Origin: Octopus bimaculoides
Taxonomy: Eukaryota
Assembly (NCBI RefSeq): GCF_001194135.2
Contig: NC_068985.1
Coordinates: forward strand, 95,668,803-95,724,611
Length of the DNA stretch: 55,809 nucleotides
Reading direction: 5' to 3'
Position numbers and translations under genes: made by a program. Under the pieces are notes generated by a model. The model was given only the letters and a program-made list of their open reading frames with translations, searched no databases and was not told the origin of the DNA. Numbering within the stretch: position 1 is the stretch's first letter; each line of letters starts with the position of its first letter. This document shows positions 13,299-25,232 of this stretch, in pieces.

Positions 13299-13792
13299 AG
13301 GCACAGGCATGGCTGTGCGGTTAAGAAACCCGTTTTGAAACCATGTGATTCCAGGTTCAATCCCAATGTGGGACACATTGGACAAGTGTCTTCTACAAGG
13401 CTGACCAATACCTTGTGAGTAAATCTGGTAGATGGAAACTGAAAGAAGCCTGTTGTATATATATAGATATATATATATATCTTCTTTTATCTTTTATATT
13501 CATTTACTTGTTTCAGTCATTTGACTGTGGCCATACTGGAGCACCGCCTTTAGTCGAACAAATCAACCCCAGCACTTATTCTTTGTAAGCCTGGTACTTA
13601 TTCTATCAGTCTCTTTGCCCAAACTGCTAAGTTACAGGGATGCAAACACAACAACATCGGTTGTCAAGCAATGGTGGGGGGACAAACACAGACACAAATA
13701 TATACATATATATAATATACATATACAAGGGGCTTCTTTCAGTTTCCTTTTACCAAATCCACTTACAAGGCTTTGGTTAACCCGAGGCTATA
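13299..13792. mobile_element. Two convergent SINE A copies (+ 13299-13455; - 13495-13792)
   Basis: Both align to the A consensus. Confidence 0.85.
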
Positions 13793-14145
13793 GTTATGTT
13801 AAAACTGACCAGATCCACCCTCTCACTCCTACCCTACAATGTCAGTCTAAAAATAAACAATCACACCATTGAAATCTTGACGCTACAAGATAATCTGTGA
13901 TTATCTTGTGAACAATGTGAATAAATAAACAACACATTTAACAAAGAAATCTGAATGTCAAAGAGTTAAACAAAGTTAATTACTTTGTGTGTTTTTGCAA
14001 GACTAATACAAATCTTCTGTGCCACAATTGTTTTAATTGCGAAACAGTCTCAGATCACATCACTCGTTAGACAAGTAAATACATCTCCGGCAATTACAGA
14101 TGGACATACTTTTATATTTTTCAGGGCAACAGGTTCTATGTCCAT

Positions 14146-14224
14146 TCATAGTTCGGTGCATAAAAGAGAAGCTAACTGTAAAAAAGACAATTGCTCAAGC
14201 AAACATCCATTATTGTAACTAGAG
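14146..14224 (-). CDS. Candidate terminal coding exon, unidentified (SSYNNGCLLEQLSFLQLASLLCTEL*)
   Basis: Acceptor tttctcttgatttcatgtag, non-repeat sequence, ends in an xTEL motif; no homology recognised. Confidence 0.2.
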
Positions 14225-15091
14225 CTACATGAAATCAAGAGAAACTAGTTAAAAGAAGAATTTAGTTTCTCTTTTGTTTCTTTTTGGCCTGAATACATTT
14301 TCTGTTTTTTTTTTGTTTTGTTTTTTTTCATAGAACAAATCTGACATGGGGAGGTGGGTAGATAAGGAGTGAAGGTCTCTGTAATGGTCAGTGTACATAA
14401 CAATTAGGTCAGGTAGTTGAGCAGTTTGTGAGTTGAGATGTTAAGTAGTGAACTACATTCATGTAATAATAATGATGATAATAATAATAATGCTTTAGAT
14501 CTGGTGTTTTACTCACAACCTTGCAAAAATATGTCTTTAAGTAAATAATTATTACATATGGCTTTCTGTGTCCTAGAACGTACATACAACACTCTCTCTT
14601 TCTCTCTCTATCTCTCTCTCTTTCTCTCTCTCTCCTTCTATCTCTGTATCTCTGTGTCTCTCTTTGTTTCTATCTGCCTGTCTCTCTGTGTTTCTGTATA
14701 TCTCTCCCTTTCACTCTCTTTCTGTCACTTGCTCTCTCTATCTATCTATTTCTATCTCCTGCTATCCATTTCTCTCTCTTTCTCTTTCTCTCCTTCTCTC
14801 CCTCTCTTTCTCTTTCCCTCTCTCTCTCTCTCACTCTCTTTCTCTCTCACTCTGAAATGCATTCCAACTTATTATACCTAGCCTTTGACAAAACTATTTA
14901 CAAATACTTATAACAGCAAAGTAAGTCAGCCAAAGAGTTGTTGATCAAATATTCATAATAAGTCACTAATTACTTATTTGTCCAGTAACGTACACATTAT
15001 AGTCTTTAATTCAGGTTATTTTCATCTTTTCAATGGTCCAGTTACATTGAGCACCCAATGAGGTTGTCCGAAAATTTAGTTCAACATTTCC

Positions 15092-15446
15092 AAAAAGCAC
15101 CATTTGAGCGTGATTGATCGTTTCCAGCTTTGCCTTACTGGCACTTGTGCCAGTGGCATGTGAACAAAACATTGGACTGACTCCTGTGCAGGTGGCACGT
15201 AAAAAACAACATTTGAGCGTGGCCTTTGCCAGTACCGCCGGACTGGCCCTCATGCTGGTGGCATGTAAAATGCACCCACTACACTCTCAGAGTGGTTGGT
15301 GTTAGGAAGGGCATCCAGCTGTAGAAACTCTGCCAAATCAGATTGGAATCTAGTGTAGCCATCCGCTTCACCAGTCCCCAGTCAAATTGTCCAACTCATG
15401 CTAGCATGGAAAGCGGACGTTAAACGATGATGATGATGATGATGAT
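15092..15446 (+). mobile_element. Family C element
   Basis: Internal modules plus ggaaagcggacgttaaacgatgatgatg end. Confidence 0.9.
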
Positions 15447-15492
15447 TTCCAGTGTCACTGTCATCAAGAATATTCCTTGACATACATCATTA

Positions 15493-16050
15493 CGTGGTAC
15501 CATGTAAAAAGAACTGGTAATGGCTCCATGTAAAAAGTACTGATGATGGTGTCACATAAAAAGTATTGGAGGTTGTACCATGTAAAAAGCACTGGTTTTG
15601 GTGCCATGTAAAAAGCATTGGTGATGATGCCACATGAAAATCACTGGAGATGATGCCACATGAAAATCACTGAAGATGGTGCCACATGAAAATCACTGGA
15701 GATGGTGCCACATGAAAATCACTGGTGATGGTGCCGCATGAAAATCACTGGAGATGGTGCCACATGAAAATCACTGGAGATGGTGCCACATGAAAATCAC
15801 TGGAGATGGTGCCACATGAAAATCACTGGTGATGGTGCCATGTAAAAAGCTCTGGGGTTGGTGCCACATGAAAAGCACTCTGTAACGTGGTTAGCATTAG
15901 GAAGAAGAGCATCCAGCTATAGGAACCCTGCCAGAACAGACAATGGGACCTGATGCAGCTCCTGGCCTTGCCAGCTCTTGTCAAACCATCCAACTCATGC
16001 CAACATGGAAAATGGACATTAAATGATGATGATGATGATGATGATGATGA
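15493..16050 (+). mobile_element. Family C variant with 26-bp minisatellite (about 15493-15878)
   Basis: Unit ggtgccacatgaaaatcactggagat runs directly into the C 3' end (ggttagcattaggaag...ggacattaaatgatgatg). Confidence 0.85.
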
Positions 16051-16057
16051 ATGAAGA

Positions 16058-16200
16058 ATGATAGGGCAGGAAGTATACTGTGCTTGTGATGGAATGGTAA
16101 GGGACAGACATGGAAGAGGTAGACCAAAGAGGAGTTGTGAAGTAAAGTCGTATATAGAGTCTGTTGCAGAGGACAAACAAAGCAGAGCTTGTAACGCAAG
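16058..16200 (+). mobile_element. RTE-like LINE C-terminal fragment
   Basis: DGMVRDRHGRGRPKRSCEVK resembles the RTE G-x-R-x-RGRP-K motif. Confidence 0.45.
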
Positions 16201-16949
16201 AATTCTCACATGCTCAATCAACATGCATGATAAAATATATTGCAGATTAATAAAATGCATGGCTGATTAAGGGAAAAATAATATCAAGTGTTGAATTCAT
16301 GGTGGTGGTGGTGGTGGTGGCAGCAGCAGCAGTGGTGACAGCAATGATGATGATGGGGAAGCGAGGGGGGATGATGACGATGGTGGTGGTAGTTGTGGTG
16401 GTGNNNNNNNNNNNNNNNNNNNNNNNNNNNNNNNNNNNNNNNNNNNNNNNNNNNNNNNNNNNNNNNNNNNNNNNNNNNNNNNNNNNNNNNNNNNNNNNNN
16501 NNNNNNNNNNNNNNNNNNNNNNNNNNNNNNNNNNNNNNNNNNNNNNNNNNNNNNNNNNNNNNNNNNNNNNNNNNNNNNNNNNNNNNNNNNNNNNNNNNNN
16601 NNNNNNNNNNNNNNNNNNNNNNNNNNNNNNNNNNNNNNNNNNNNNNNNNNNNNNNNNNNNNNNNNNNNNNNNNNNNNNNNNNNNNNNNNNNNNGGTGGTG
16701 ATGGTGGTGATGATGATGATGATGATGATAGTGAATGTGGGTGATGATGATGATGATCAATATAATTATCTTGTTGCTGACGACGACCATGGTAGAGATG
16801 ATCACGATAGTGATGATGATGACGATGAGACAAGAGGAATAAAACGATGATTAAAACCAGATTATATCTAACTCCTTTTTTTTATTTTTTTTAAATTCAT
16901 TTATTTATCCAAGCTGTCCACATATCTAAAACGAACTACCTGTATGCTG

Positions 16950-17110
16950 CACAGGACCATCATAGAAGAGACTCTGTCTGACAAACAAAGGGGCCTTTCT
17001 GTCTGCTCCAGAGCAAGTCATCTGCATCGTAAAACAGTTTGGGAAACGTAATGAAAGAGTAATAAAAGAGGGTTGGAGAGTAAATGCAGATGTGCAAGAT
17101 AAGCAAAAAC
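16950..17110 (+). mobile_element. Decayed LINE reverse-transcriptase fragment
   Basis: TIIEETLSDKQ / frameshift / GAFLSAPEQVICIVKQ resembles the Q-x-GF...DQIF-x-LRQ RT subdomain. Confidence 0.35.
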
Positions 17111-17199
17111 CGAGATGAGTCTGTTCCATTGCATAAATGGTAAATGGTAATTCTGGAAGATAAAAATGGCTTTAGATCAGTATGGGAGATTGCTGAGAG

Positions 17200-17790
17200 G
17201 AGAAAGTGAATGAGAGAGTGAGAGAGGGAGGAGGAGGGAGGGAGAGATAGATAGATAGATAGATAGATAGCTAAGTAGATAGATAGATAGATAGAGAGGG
17301 GGTAGATAGATAGAGAGGTAGATAGATAGATAGAAAGAGAGGGGGTAGATAGAGAGAGAGTGAGAGGTAGATCGAGAGAGAGAGGTAGATCGAGAGAGAG
17401 AGGTAGATCGANNNNNNNNNNAGATCGAGAGAGAGAGGTAGATCGAGAGAGAGAGGTAGATCGAGAGAGAGTGAGAAGGAAAGAGAGAGAGATAGAGAGA
17501 TAGACAGACAGACAGACAGATAGACAGACAGACAGACAGACACACAGAGAAAGAGATAAACAGAGAGAGACAGAAAGAGGGAGAGAAGGAGAGAGAGAAG
17601 AAAGAGAAGGTGGAGATGAGGTGTCAGGACATACCCTCAATGTAAAGAGAGAGAATAGGTACAGAGAATCAAGGAGAGAGAAAGAGAAGTAAGATAGAAA
17701 GAGAGAGAGAGAGAGAGAATAGGGAGTGAGAGATAGATATATAGACAGAGAGAGGGGGAGTATTAAAGTAGAGTAGAGGTGGGAGATCAT
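17200..17790. repeat. (AGAT)n/(AG)n/(AGAC)n tract with an 18-bp gaggtagatcgagagaga minisatellite
   Basis: Direct reading. Confidence 0.9.
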
Positions 17791-18266
17791 TGTCTGTAAT
17801 AGAGAAAGAAAACTAATTCGACGACACTAGTTGAAATGTGAGCGGAGACCAGACGATGATGTGAAGTAGATAAGGAAACAACCCAATCGACCAATGAGAA
17901 TCAATGGAATATTAGCTGCAGAGAGTTAGATTTAGTCTGGTGAGATTCTTGTATCAAGGAATTGTTAATGTCTACGAGTTGAAGGGTGATGGGAAGAAAG
18001 GGGAAAAAAAGTGAAGATTTTGGGGAATTTAGCGAGTTTTGGGGAAAGAATTGTATAAATCAATCTATAGCAAGCAATGTTAAAAAGGAAACCAGATCTA
18101 TAAACCAGTGATGATTAGGTTATAGATCAGGTGTTGTGTAGTATTGATCTCATTGATCGATCAGTATGAATTACTGATTTGAAATGATGCAAAGTTTCTC
18201 AATAAACTGATGAAAGTCTTGTTGTTGTTGTTGTTGGTGGTGGTGGTTGTGGTTTTTTTTTTTATA

Positions 18267-18693
18267 AGGTACAGGCATGGCTGTGTGGTAAGAAGCTTGC
18301 TTCCCAACCACATGGTTCCAGGTTCTGTCTCACTGCATGGCACCTTGGGCAAGTGTCTTCTACTGTCACCTTGGGCCAACCAAAGCATTTATGAGTGGAT
18401 TTGGTAAATGAAAACTGAAAGAAGCCCATCGTGTGTGTATGTGTGTGTGTGTGTGGGTGTGACTGTGTCTGCATTTGTCCCCCACCCCCCACCACCACCA
18501 CCATCATCACTGCTTGACGATAGGTGATGGTGTGTTTACGTCCCTGTGACCTAGCAATTTGGCAAAAGATACCAACAGAATAAGCACCAGATTTTAAAAC
18601 TGGATAAGTACTGTGATTGATTCATTCAACCGAAAATTCTTCAAGAAGGGGCCCTAGCATGGCCGCAGTCTAATGAATGAAACAAGTAAAAAG
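18267..18693 (+). mobile_element. SINE family A, full length, older variant
   Basis: Head to tail colinear with 235-655. Confidence 0.9.
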
Positions 18694-19268
18694 AAAAAAT
18701 AATAATGACTACATTGTCTAATATATCACTCTTTATTTGAGACAGCAGAGTATGATGTGAGGGGATATCTAACTGATATTTCTAGTATTTTGAGCAACCA
18801 TGTGCAGGTTCCCTCATTAGCATATCTACTTCACAGTTGAGTGGTTAACAGTATGGAAGAGTAGTCTGTTGTATAAACACTGCTTCAACAAAATAAACAC
18901 AGAAACATGGGAAAATGAATATTAAACAGCAAAAAAATATATATATTTGGGAAAACAAATATTTTATAAATTGAGAAAATCTGAGTGAAAAGCTGTTTTA
19001 GATTGCTAAAATAGATAAAATTTAAATTAATCTAATGATAACAATAATTATTTAAATAATTCCAGAATATTCTAACACAAAGGAACAGAAGCAGTCTTGT
19101 TAAGAGTGGAGATATTGGACTTGGAGTTGAAGTCTCTAAATTTTAGAATCCCAAGAACTTAGAGGCTATTTTTAAATGTTTGTACTTAGGTTTTGTAAAG
19201 AACACATCTGGACTAGATGATATAAGAGTGGCTTCATTTTGCTAAAACAGTTGAAATGTTTTGCTTAA

Positions 19269-19559
19269 CCCATTACTTACCAGTGATCTCATATGAGATC
19301 ACTTAAAAATTACAAATTTCGTAATTATCTGTCAATATTTACACATATCTAACCTTTTTGCTATATCTACTAGATATATTTCTCTGATATTCAAATGAGG
19401 TTTGCTAATTTTTCCACCCAATATCTCGCTTATTTCTATTTAAAATGTTATTTTGAAATGTTATTTTGATCATTCCAGCGTGTTTCTAAGGCTGTTTTAT
19501 GCTAGAAATCAAAGTTTCATTAAAAAATTTCAGTTAATAGAATTATGGGAGTTAATGGG
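19269..19559. mobile_element. piggyBac-type MITE, 291 bp
   Basis: TTAA on both sides (19265-68, 19560-63); termini CCCATTA...TAATGGG. Confidence 0.65.
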
Positions 19560-19627
19560 TTAAAACTGGAAATGAAATTAATATTTTTAGCTAACCAAGC
19601 ACATAACCGAAAAATTAACTCTTATTG

Positions 19628-19842
19628 CAGCAGCTTCCCAACGATTTTGCACTCGTGAGTCCTTACCCAAAAGCTTGAAACCCATGTGACCCCCTACTAT
19701 CAGCAGAGCATAAAAAAAATGTAATTGATATTAATATTATCCCAAGCCACTTCTAGCAAGGCAATGCGACCCCACTGCCAAGGCTTTGTGACACCCCCCA
19801 CCCACCCAGGGGGGGTCGGGAACCACCAGTTGGGAACCTCTG
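19628..19842. mobile_element. hAT (Charlie-like) MITE, 215 bp
   Basis: TIRs cagcagcttcccaac / gttgggaacctctg; perfect 8-bp TSD tcttattg at 19620-27 and 19843-50. Confidence 0.88.
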
Positions 19843-19891
19843 TCTTATTGCAAGGCAACATTTCTAGGGGACAAGAATAATAAGGCTATAT

Positions 19892-19998
19892 GCACTAATG
19901 CATAGCCTAGTGGTTAGGGTGTTGCACTCTCAATTGCTAGATTGTGGGTTCAATTCCTGGTCTAGGCACAGTGTTATATTCTTGAGCAAAACACTTCA
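19892..19998 (+). mobile_element. tRNA-derived SINE head related to family F
   Basis: tagcctagtggttaggg (A box), GGTTCAATTCC (B box), ttgagcaaaacac shared with F. Confidence 0.65.
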
Positions 19999-20249
19999 TA
20001 CATTATTTACATCATTTACATTTGACGGATATTTGTCTTCATCATGTTTGTTGTTAACACAACGTTTCAGCTGATATACCCTCTAGGTGTCTTGGGGAAA
20101 TTTCAAACCTGGGTTCTCGTTCCTAAGGTATTTTTTGATGATATTATTATCATTATTATTATTATTATTATCATTATTATTCAGGTCACTGCCTTGAATC
20201 AAACTCAGAATGTTGAGGTTAGTAGCCTGCACTCTTAACCACTACGCTA
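19999..20249 (-). mobile_element. SINE family D, hammerhead core deleted
   Basis: Colinear with 46586-46878 except for ~11 nt removing GATGAAGGC and the last 31 nt. Confidence 0.9.
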
Positions 20250-20398
20250 CATCCAGCTGTAGAAACTCTGCCAAATCAGATTGGAGCCTGGTGTAGCCAC
20301 CTGGTTCACCAGTCCTCAGTCAAATCGTCCAACCCATGCTAGCATGGAAAGCGGATGTTAAACGATGATGATGATGCTGATGATGATGATGATGATGA
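20250..20398 (+). mobile_element. Family C 3' fragment abutting the D head
   Basis: catccagctgtagaaactctgcc...ggatgttaaacgatgatg. Confidence 0.9.
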
Positions 20399-21168
20399 AC
20401 AATAATAATAAAACATATCAGCAGAAATCGGCATGTACACAAAAGAACAACTTAGACAAAAGGGAATATTTACCCAACAACACATATTTGCACAGAAAAT
20501 ACATACAATTGAAAAACAACTTAAATGGCAAATCATCAGACATTGTAATTTAGACAATAAAACAATAGGAGGCCTGGNNNNNNNNNNNNNNNNNNNNNNN
20601 NNNNNNNNNNNNNNNNNNNNNNNNNNNNNNNNNNNNNNNNNNNNNNNNNNNNNNNNNNNNNNNNNNNNNNNNNNNNNNNNNNNNNNNNNNNNNNNNNNNN
20701 NNNNNNNNNNNNNNNNNNNNNNNNNNNNNNNNNNNNNNNNNNNNNNNNNNNNNNNNNNNNNNNNNNNNNNNNNNNNNNNNNNNNNNNNNNNNNNNNNNNN
20801 NNNNNNNNNNNNNNNNNNNNNNNNNNNNNNNNNNNNNNNNNNNNNNNNNNNNNNNNNNNNNNNNNNNNNNNNNNNNNNNNNNNNNNNNNNNNNNNNNNNN
20901 NNNNNNNNNNNNNNNNNNNNNNNNNNNNNNNNNNNNNNNNNNNNNNNNNNNNNNNNNNNNNNNNNNNNNNNNNNNNNNNNNNNNNNNNNNNNNNNNNNNN
21001 NNNNNNNNNNNNNNNNNNNNNNNNNNNNNNNNNNNNNNNNNNNNNNNNNNNNNNNNNNNNNNNNNNNNNNNNNNNNNNNNNNNNNNNNNNNNNNNNNNNN
21101 NNNNNNNNNNNNNNNNNNNNNNNNNNNNNNNNNNNNNNNNNNNNNNNNNNNNNNNNNNNNNNNNNNNN

Positions 21169-21213
<45 letters not shown>

Positions 21214-21347
21214 AGTTTACATATATATATTCTCATATAAATATTCTCACATATATATATTCTCATATATACACACATACATATATATACATATATATAT
21301 TACCATCATCATCATCATTTAACGTCCATCTTCCATGCTAGCATGAT

Positions 21348-21379
<32 letters not shown>

Positions 21380-21574
21380 GGATATATATTTACGTATATA
21401 TATCTATATATATATATGTCTATCTATATATATATATATCTATATATATATATATATGTCTATGTATATATATATATATATATCTATATATATATATATG
21501 TCTATGTATATATATATATATATATATAGATAGATAGATAGATANNNNNNNNNNGTATATATATATATATATAT

Positions 21575-21649
<75 letters not shown>

Positions 21650-21660
21650 TAGATATAGAT
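21169..21660. repeat. (TA)n/(GATA)n microsatellite cluster
   Basis: Direct reading. Confidence 0.95.
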
Positions 21661-22498
21661 ATGCATTTTCATGTAAGTATATGTAAATGTGAACTGGTTT
21701 TCCTTTATTCATTCTTCTGTGTGCTTTCATCCTGATTGCAAAATATCGCTAATTATTTTGATATCTAATTTAAAACGAAACAACCAAATATTTTAAAAGA
21801 AATTTTTTTTTTTTTCTAAATCCCCACTACATTCTTTTAAAAATCAAATATTTTATCGAAGATGTTCCAAAACAGCTGGATTGAATGAATCATACTAAAA
21901 AAAATGTCAACAATCTTTTAATGATTATCAGCAAAACAATTCTAATCCAAGAAAAAAACAAATAACAAGAGTGAAAATACTTGAGTTCATAACTTTAGCA
22001 AACATTTCTGATTGCCCCATTTTCAACCTTTTCTGGGGTTTTTCTGTTTTTAACATTTTGGAATATTATTTATTCTGTATTTAGTTACTTATTGATATCA
22101 ATCTTTATGTGTCACACTTAAGATGATCCAATCTCACTAGAAATATATATTCCAAGCTAGCTCTATCTGTATTTATTGTCATGTGACTAACACATGATAA
22201 CATCTAATCTCCATGTTTCATCCCAAAATAGCTGTTATGTTATTACTGCGAGAAATGAGCCTGTTTTACAATAACTTCAGACTGAATACAAACACTAGTT
22301 CATTCTACTTTTCCACCCAGCATATATTCTTTCTTCAACATATCCCACACACTATATCTTCTAACCTCTGTATATCTCTGTCTGTTTCTCTATTAACCCC
22401 AATATAAATGTGTGTGTGTGTGTATGTGTGTTAAATAAAATGATATAACAAGGCCAAGGCAGTGTGGTATTTCTAAGACATTTATAAAGAGAAAGGTA

Positions 22499-22543
22499 GT
22501 CTTACAGCTGTTTCAAGGACATAAAGGATATCCCATCAGAGAC
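22499..22543 (-). ncRNA. Hammerhead motif, damaged copy (3-nt core deletion)
   Basis: GUCU-CUGAUG-GGAUAU(CCUUU)AUGUCC-UU-GAAA-CAGCUG-UA-AGAC. Confidence 0.65.
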
Positions 22544-22686
22544 AATATGAGAGAGTTAAATAGAGTGAAATAATAGAATTCAGTATAAGAAGTTATTTTG
22601 GAAAGAGAGAGATACAAGATTCCCTTTATACTTCTTGTAGCTCTCCTTTTCCATATAATTTCCTTCTATTGAAACTCTCTCACACT

Positions 22687-22734
22687 GTCTCTGATGATGG
22701 GATATCTTTTATGTCCCTGAAACAGCTGTAAGAC
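22687..22734 (+). ncRNA. Minimal type I hammerhead ribozyme, canonical core
   Basis: GUCU-CUGAUGA-U-GGGAUAU(CUUUU)AUGUCCC-U-GAAA-CAGCUG-UA-AGAC; 4-bp stem I, 7-bp stem II, palindromic loopless stem III, GUA site (cut after 22730). Confidence 0.82.
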
Positions 22735-22738
22735 TATG

Positions 22739-22891
22739 ACATGGCTCCAGATTCAGTCCCACTGCGTGGCACCTAGGGCAAGTGTCTTCTGTTATAGCCT
22801 CAGGCCAACCGAAGTTTTGTGAGTGAATTTGGTAGATGGAAACTGAAAGAAACCCATTGAGTGTATATATATATATATGTATATATATATC

Positions 22892-22927
<36 letters not shown>

Positions 22928-23160
22928 TGTATGCATGTATGTATGTACTTGTGTGTCTATGTTTGTCCCCCCAACATTGCTTGACAACTGACGTTTGTGT
23001 GTTTTTGTCATCATAACTTAGCAGTTTGGCTAAAGAGACCAATAGAATAAGTACCAGGCTTACAAAGAATAAGTCCTGGGATCGATTTGTTCAACTAAGG
23101 ATGGTGCTCCAGCATGGCCCCAGTCAAATGACTGAAACAAGTAAATGAGTAAAAGAAAAA
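22739..23160 (+). mobile_element. SINE family A, slightly 5'-truncated
   Basis: Colinear with A consensus. Confidence 0.9.
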
Positions 23161-23238
23161 AAAAAGAATATGGTTGCATGTGTGCATACATATAGCTGTG
23201 TGTATACAGAAACGTCAGTGTGTATATATATATATATA

Positions 23239-24216
23239 TCACGCCGGTGTTAAAACGTGGGTAGCTGATGAAGTAGAATGTTCTCTATGTGGCTTACGTG
23301 TTTTCTCGTCTACGTTTTGTTTGCAATGCCCTGTACCCAGATATGCACCTATACATACAGGTGGATGTCAGTATGCACATACCTGTACGTATATATGCAT
23401 ATACTCATTTACTATTTGTTTTTACATGACTTGAACGCAGCGTCTCCAATTGTAAGTAGTTTTCGTAACCTTATATCTTCTGACGCTACTCTATGTCTTT
23501 CTCTTCTCTTCTTCTATCTTTTTTCCCCCTCTCGTTCTTCCTGTTTACTACTATGTATCTCGCTTTACCCCTCTCGTTCTTCCTCTGTTAATATTACGTA
23601 TCTCTTTTTTCCCCCTCGTACCTCCTCTCTTTCTCTTTTCCTCTCGTTGCTCACCTATTCTTCTACTTCCTCCCTTTGTTTCTCCCTTTACCACTCTCTC
23701 TCTTCCCCTTACACTGGCATGGTCACATGCTTCCGGTCAATAATCCTTTTCTTCCTTGGCTATCGCCGAGCAAACACGCGAACCTTCGTCCCTTTCAAGT
23801 TCGTGCCTCACAGCGTTCATACACACATAATTTTTCTCGTCTGGCCGTAAAGCCTTTTCTGTTTGTTTTCCTGTCTTNNNNNNNNNNNNNNNNNNNNNNN
23901 NNNNNNNNNNNNNNNNNNNNNNNNNNNNNNNNNNNNNNNNNNNNNNNNNNNNNNNNNNTGCGTATACAAATTTAATCTGCGGTCCATGGGATGAGCCGTT
24001 TTAACGATGTGTATATATATATATATATATATATCACGCCGGTGTTAAAACGTGGGTAGCTGATGAAGTAGAATGTTCTCTATGTGGCTTGCGTGTTTTC
24101 TCGTCTACGTTTTGTTTGCAATGTCCTGTACCCAGATATACACCTATACATACAGGTGGATGTCGGTATGCACATACCTGTACGTATATATGCATATACT
24201 CATTTACTATTTGTTT
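23239..24216 (+). repeat. 183-bp direct repeat pair (23239-23421, 24034-24216) flanking a pyrimidine-rich, CpG-retaining interior
   Basis: Copies differ by 4 transitions; an N gap lies between them. Confidence 0.9.
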
Positions 24217-24539
24217 ATATACATATATATATGTGTGTGTGTGTGTGTGTGGTTTCATGTATACATGCTTCATGTATACATGTTTCATGTATACATGTGT
24301 CAATGTATGCATATATATTACTCTGTGTGTGTATGTGTGTTTGTAACCGTCTCTTGAGTGTATAATAAAATAATGAGCACGATTTCGTCTCAGACTATGT
24401 ATAACAATGTATGTGTGTGTATGTGTGCATGTATGTGTGTGTGTTTGTGTGTATATGTGTGTGTATCAGTAGACTTTCTGTTTGTGTATGTGTGTAAATT
24501 TTCTTTCTGCATATGTATATGCATGTAGATTTTACGTAT

Positions 24540-24640
<101 letters not shown>

Positions 24641-25025
24641 TGTGTGTGTTTGTGTGTGTGTTTTTAAACGAAATAATCTATTTATCAGATATTTCAGTGT
24701 GGAAAAGTGCTAACTTATCAGGTGACCAATGTGAAAATTAGAAGATGAGGCAGTTGCTAATATCGTATGTTGCTATATTATTTTTTCTGACATGACTCAA
24801 CCTTAGCAACCAATGAAAACAATAAGGTGAAAAAAAATATACGAATAAATTATTCGTCTTTTATGAAATATATTCAATATCGAAGTCAAAGCACTGAATG
24901 CCAATTTTATAAAACCAAAACACATATGTACATGCATTCACACACACACATACACGCACACATCCATGCATGCACACACACGTTCACATATGCATGCTCA
25001 TGTACACACACATACACACACATAT

Positions 25026-25190
25026 AGGTGCAGGCATGGCTGTGTGGTAAGAAGCTTGCTTCCCGACCACATGGTTCTGGGTTCAGTCCCACTGCGGAGC
25101 ACCTTGGGCAAGTGTCTTCTACTATAGCCTTGGGCTGAGCAAAGTCTTGTGAGTGGATTTGGTAAATGGAAACTGGAAGAAGCCTGTTGT
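25026..25190 (+). mobile_element. SINE family A, 5' half
   Basis: Head and core. Confidence 0.9.
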
Positions 25191-25232
25191 ATATATATAT
25201 GTATATGTATGTATGCATATATNNNNNNNNNN

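Larger units (their letters stand above)
22430..22737. mobile_element. Head-to-head inverted Penelope-like terminal repeat pair
   Basis: 22496-22557 is the inverted copy of 22673-22737; both arms contain a hammerhead motif; right arm abuts SINE A. Confidence 0.7.

Noticed and set aside
13983-14140. Selenoprotein-like reading MDIEPVALKNIK...VI(TGA)DCFAIK on minus
   Set aside because: No SECIS or homology; overlaps other equally weak readings
15493-15878. CRISPR-like array
   Set aside because: No unique spacers, eukaryotic context, contiguous minisatellite inside a retroelement
23205-23300. Permuted hammerhead from GAAACGTC (23212) plus CTGATGA (23268)
   Set aside because: Stem I cannot form; CTGATGA is not followed by stem II plus GAAA
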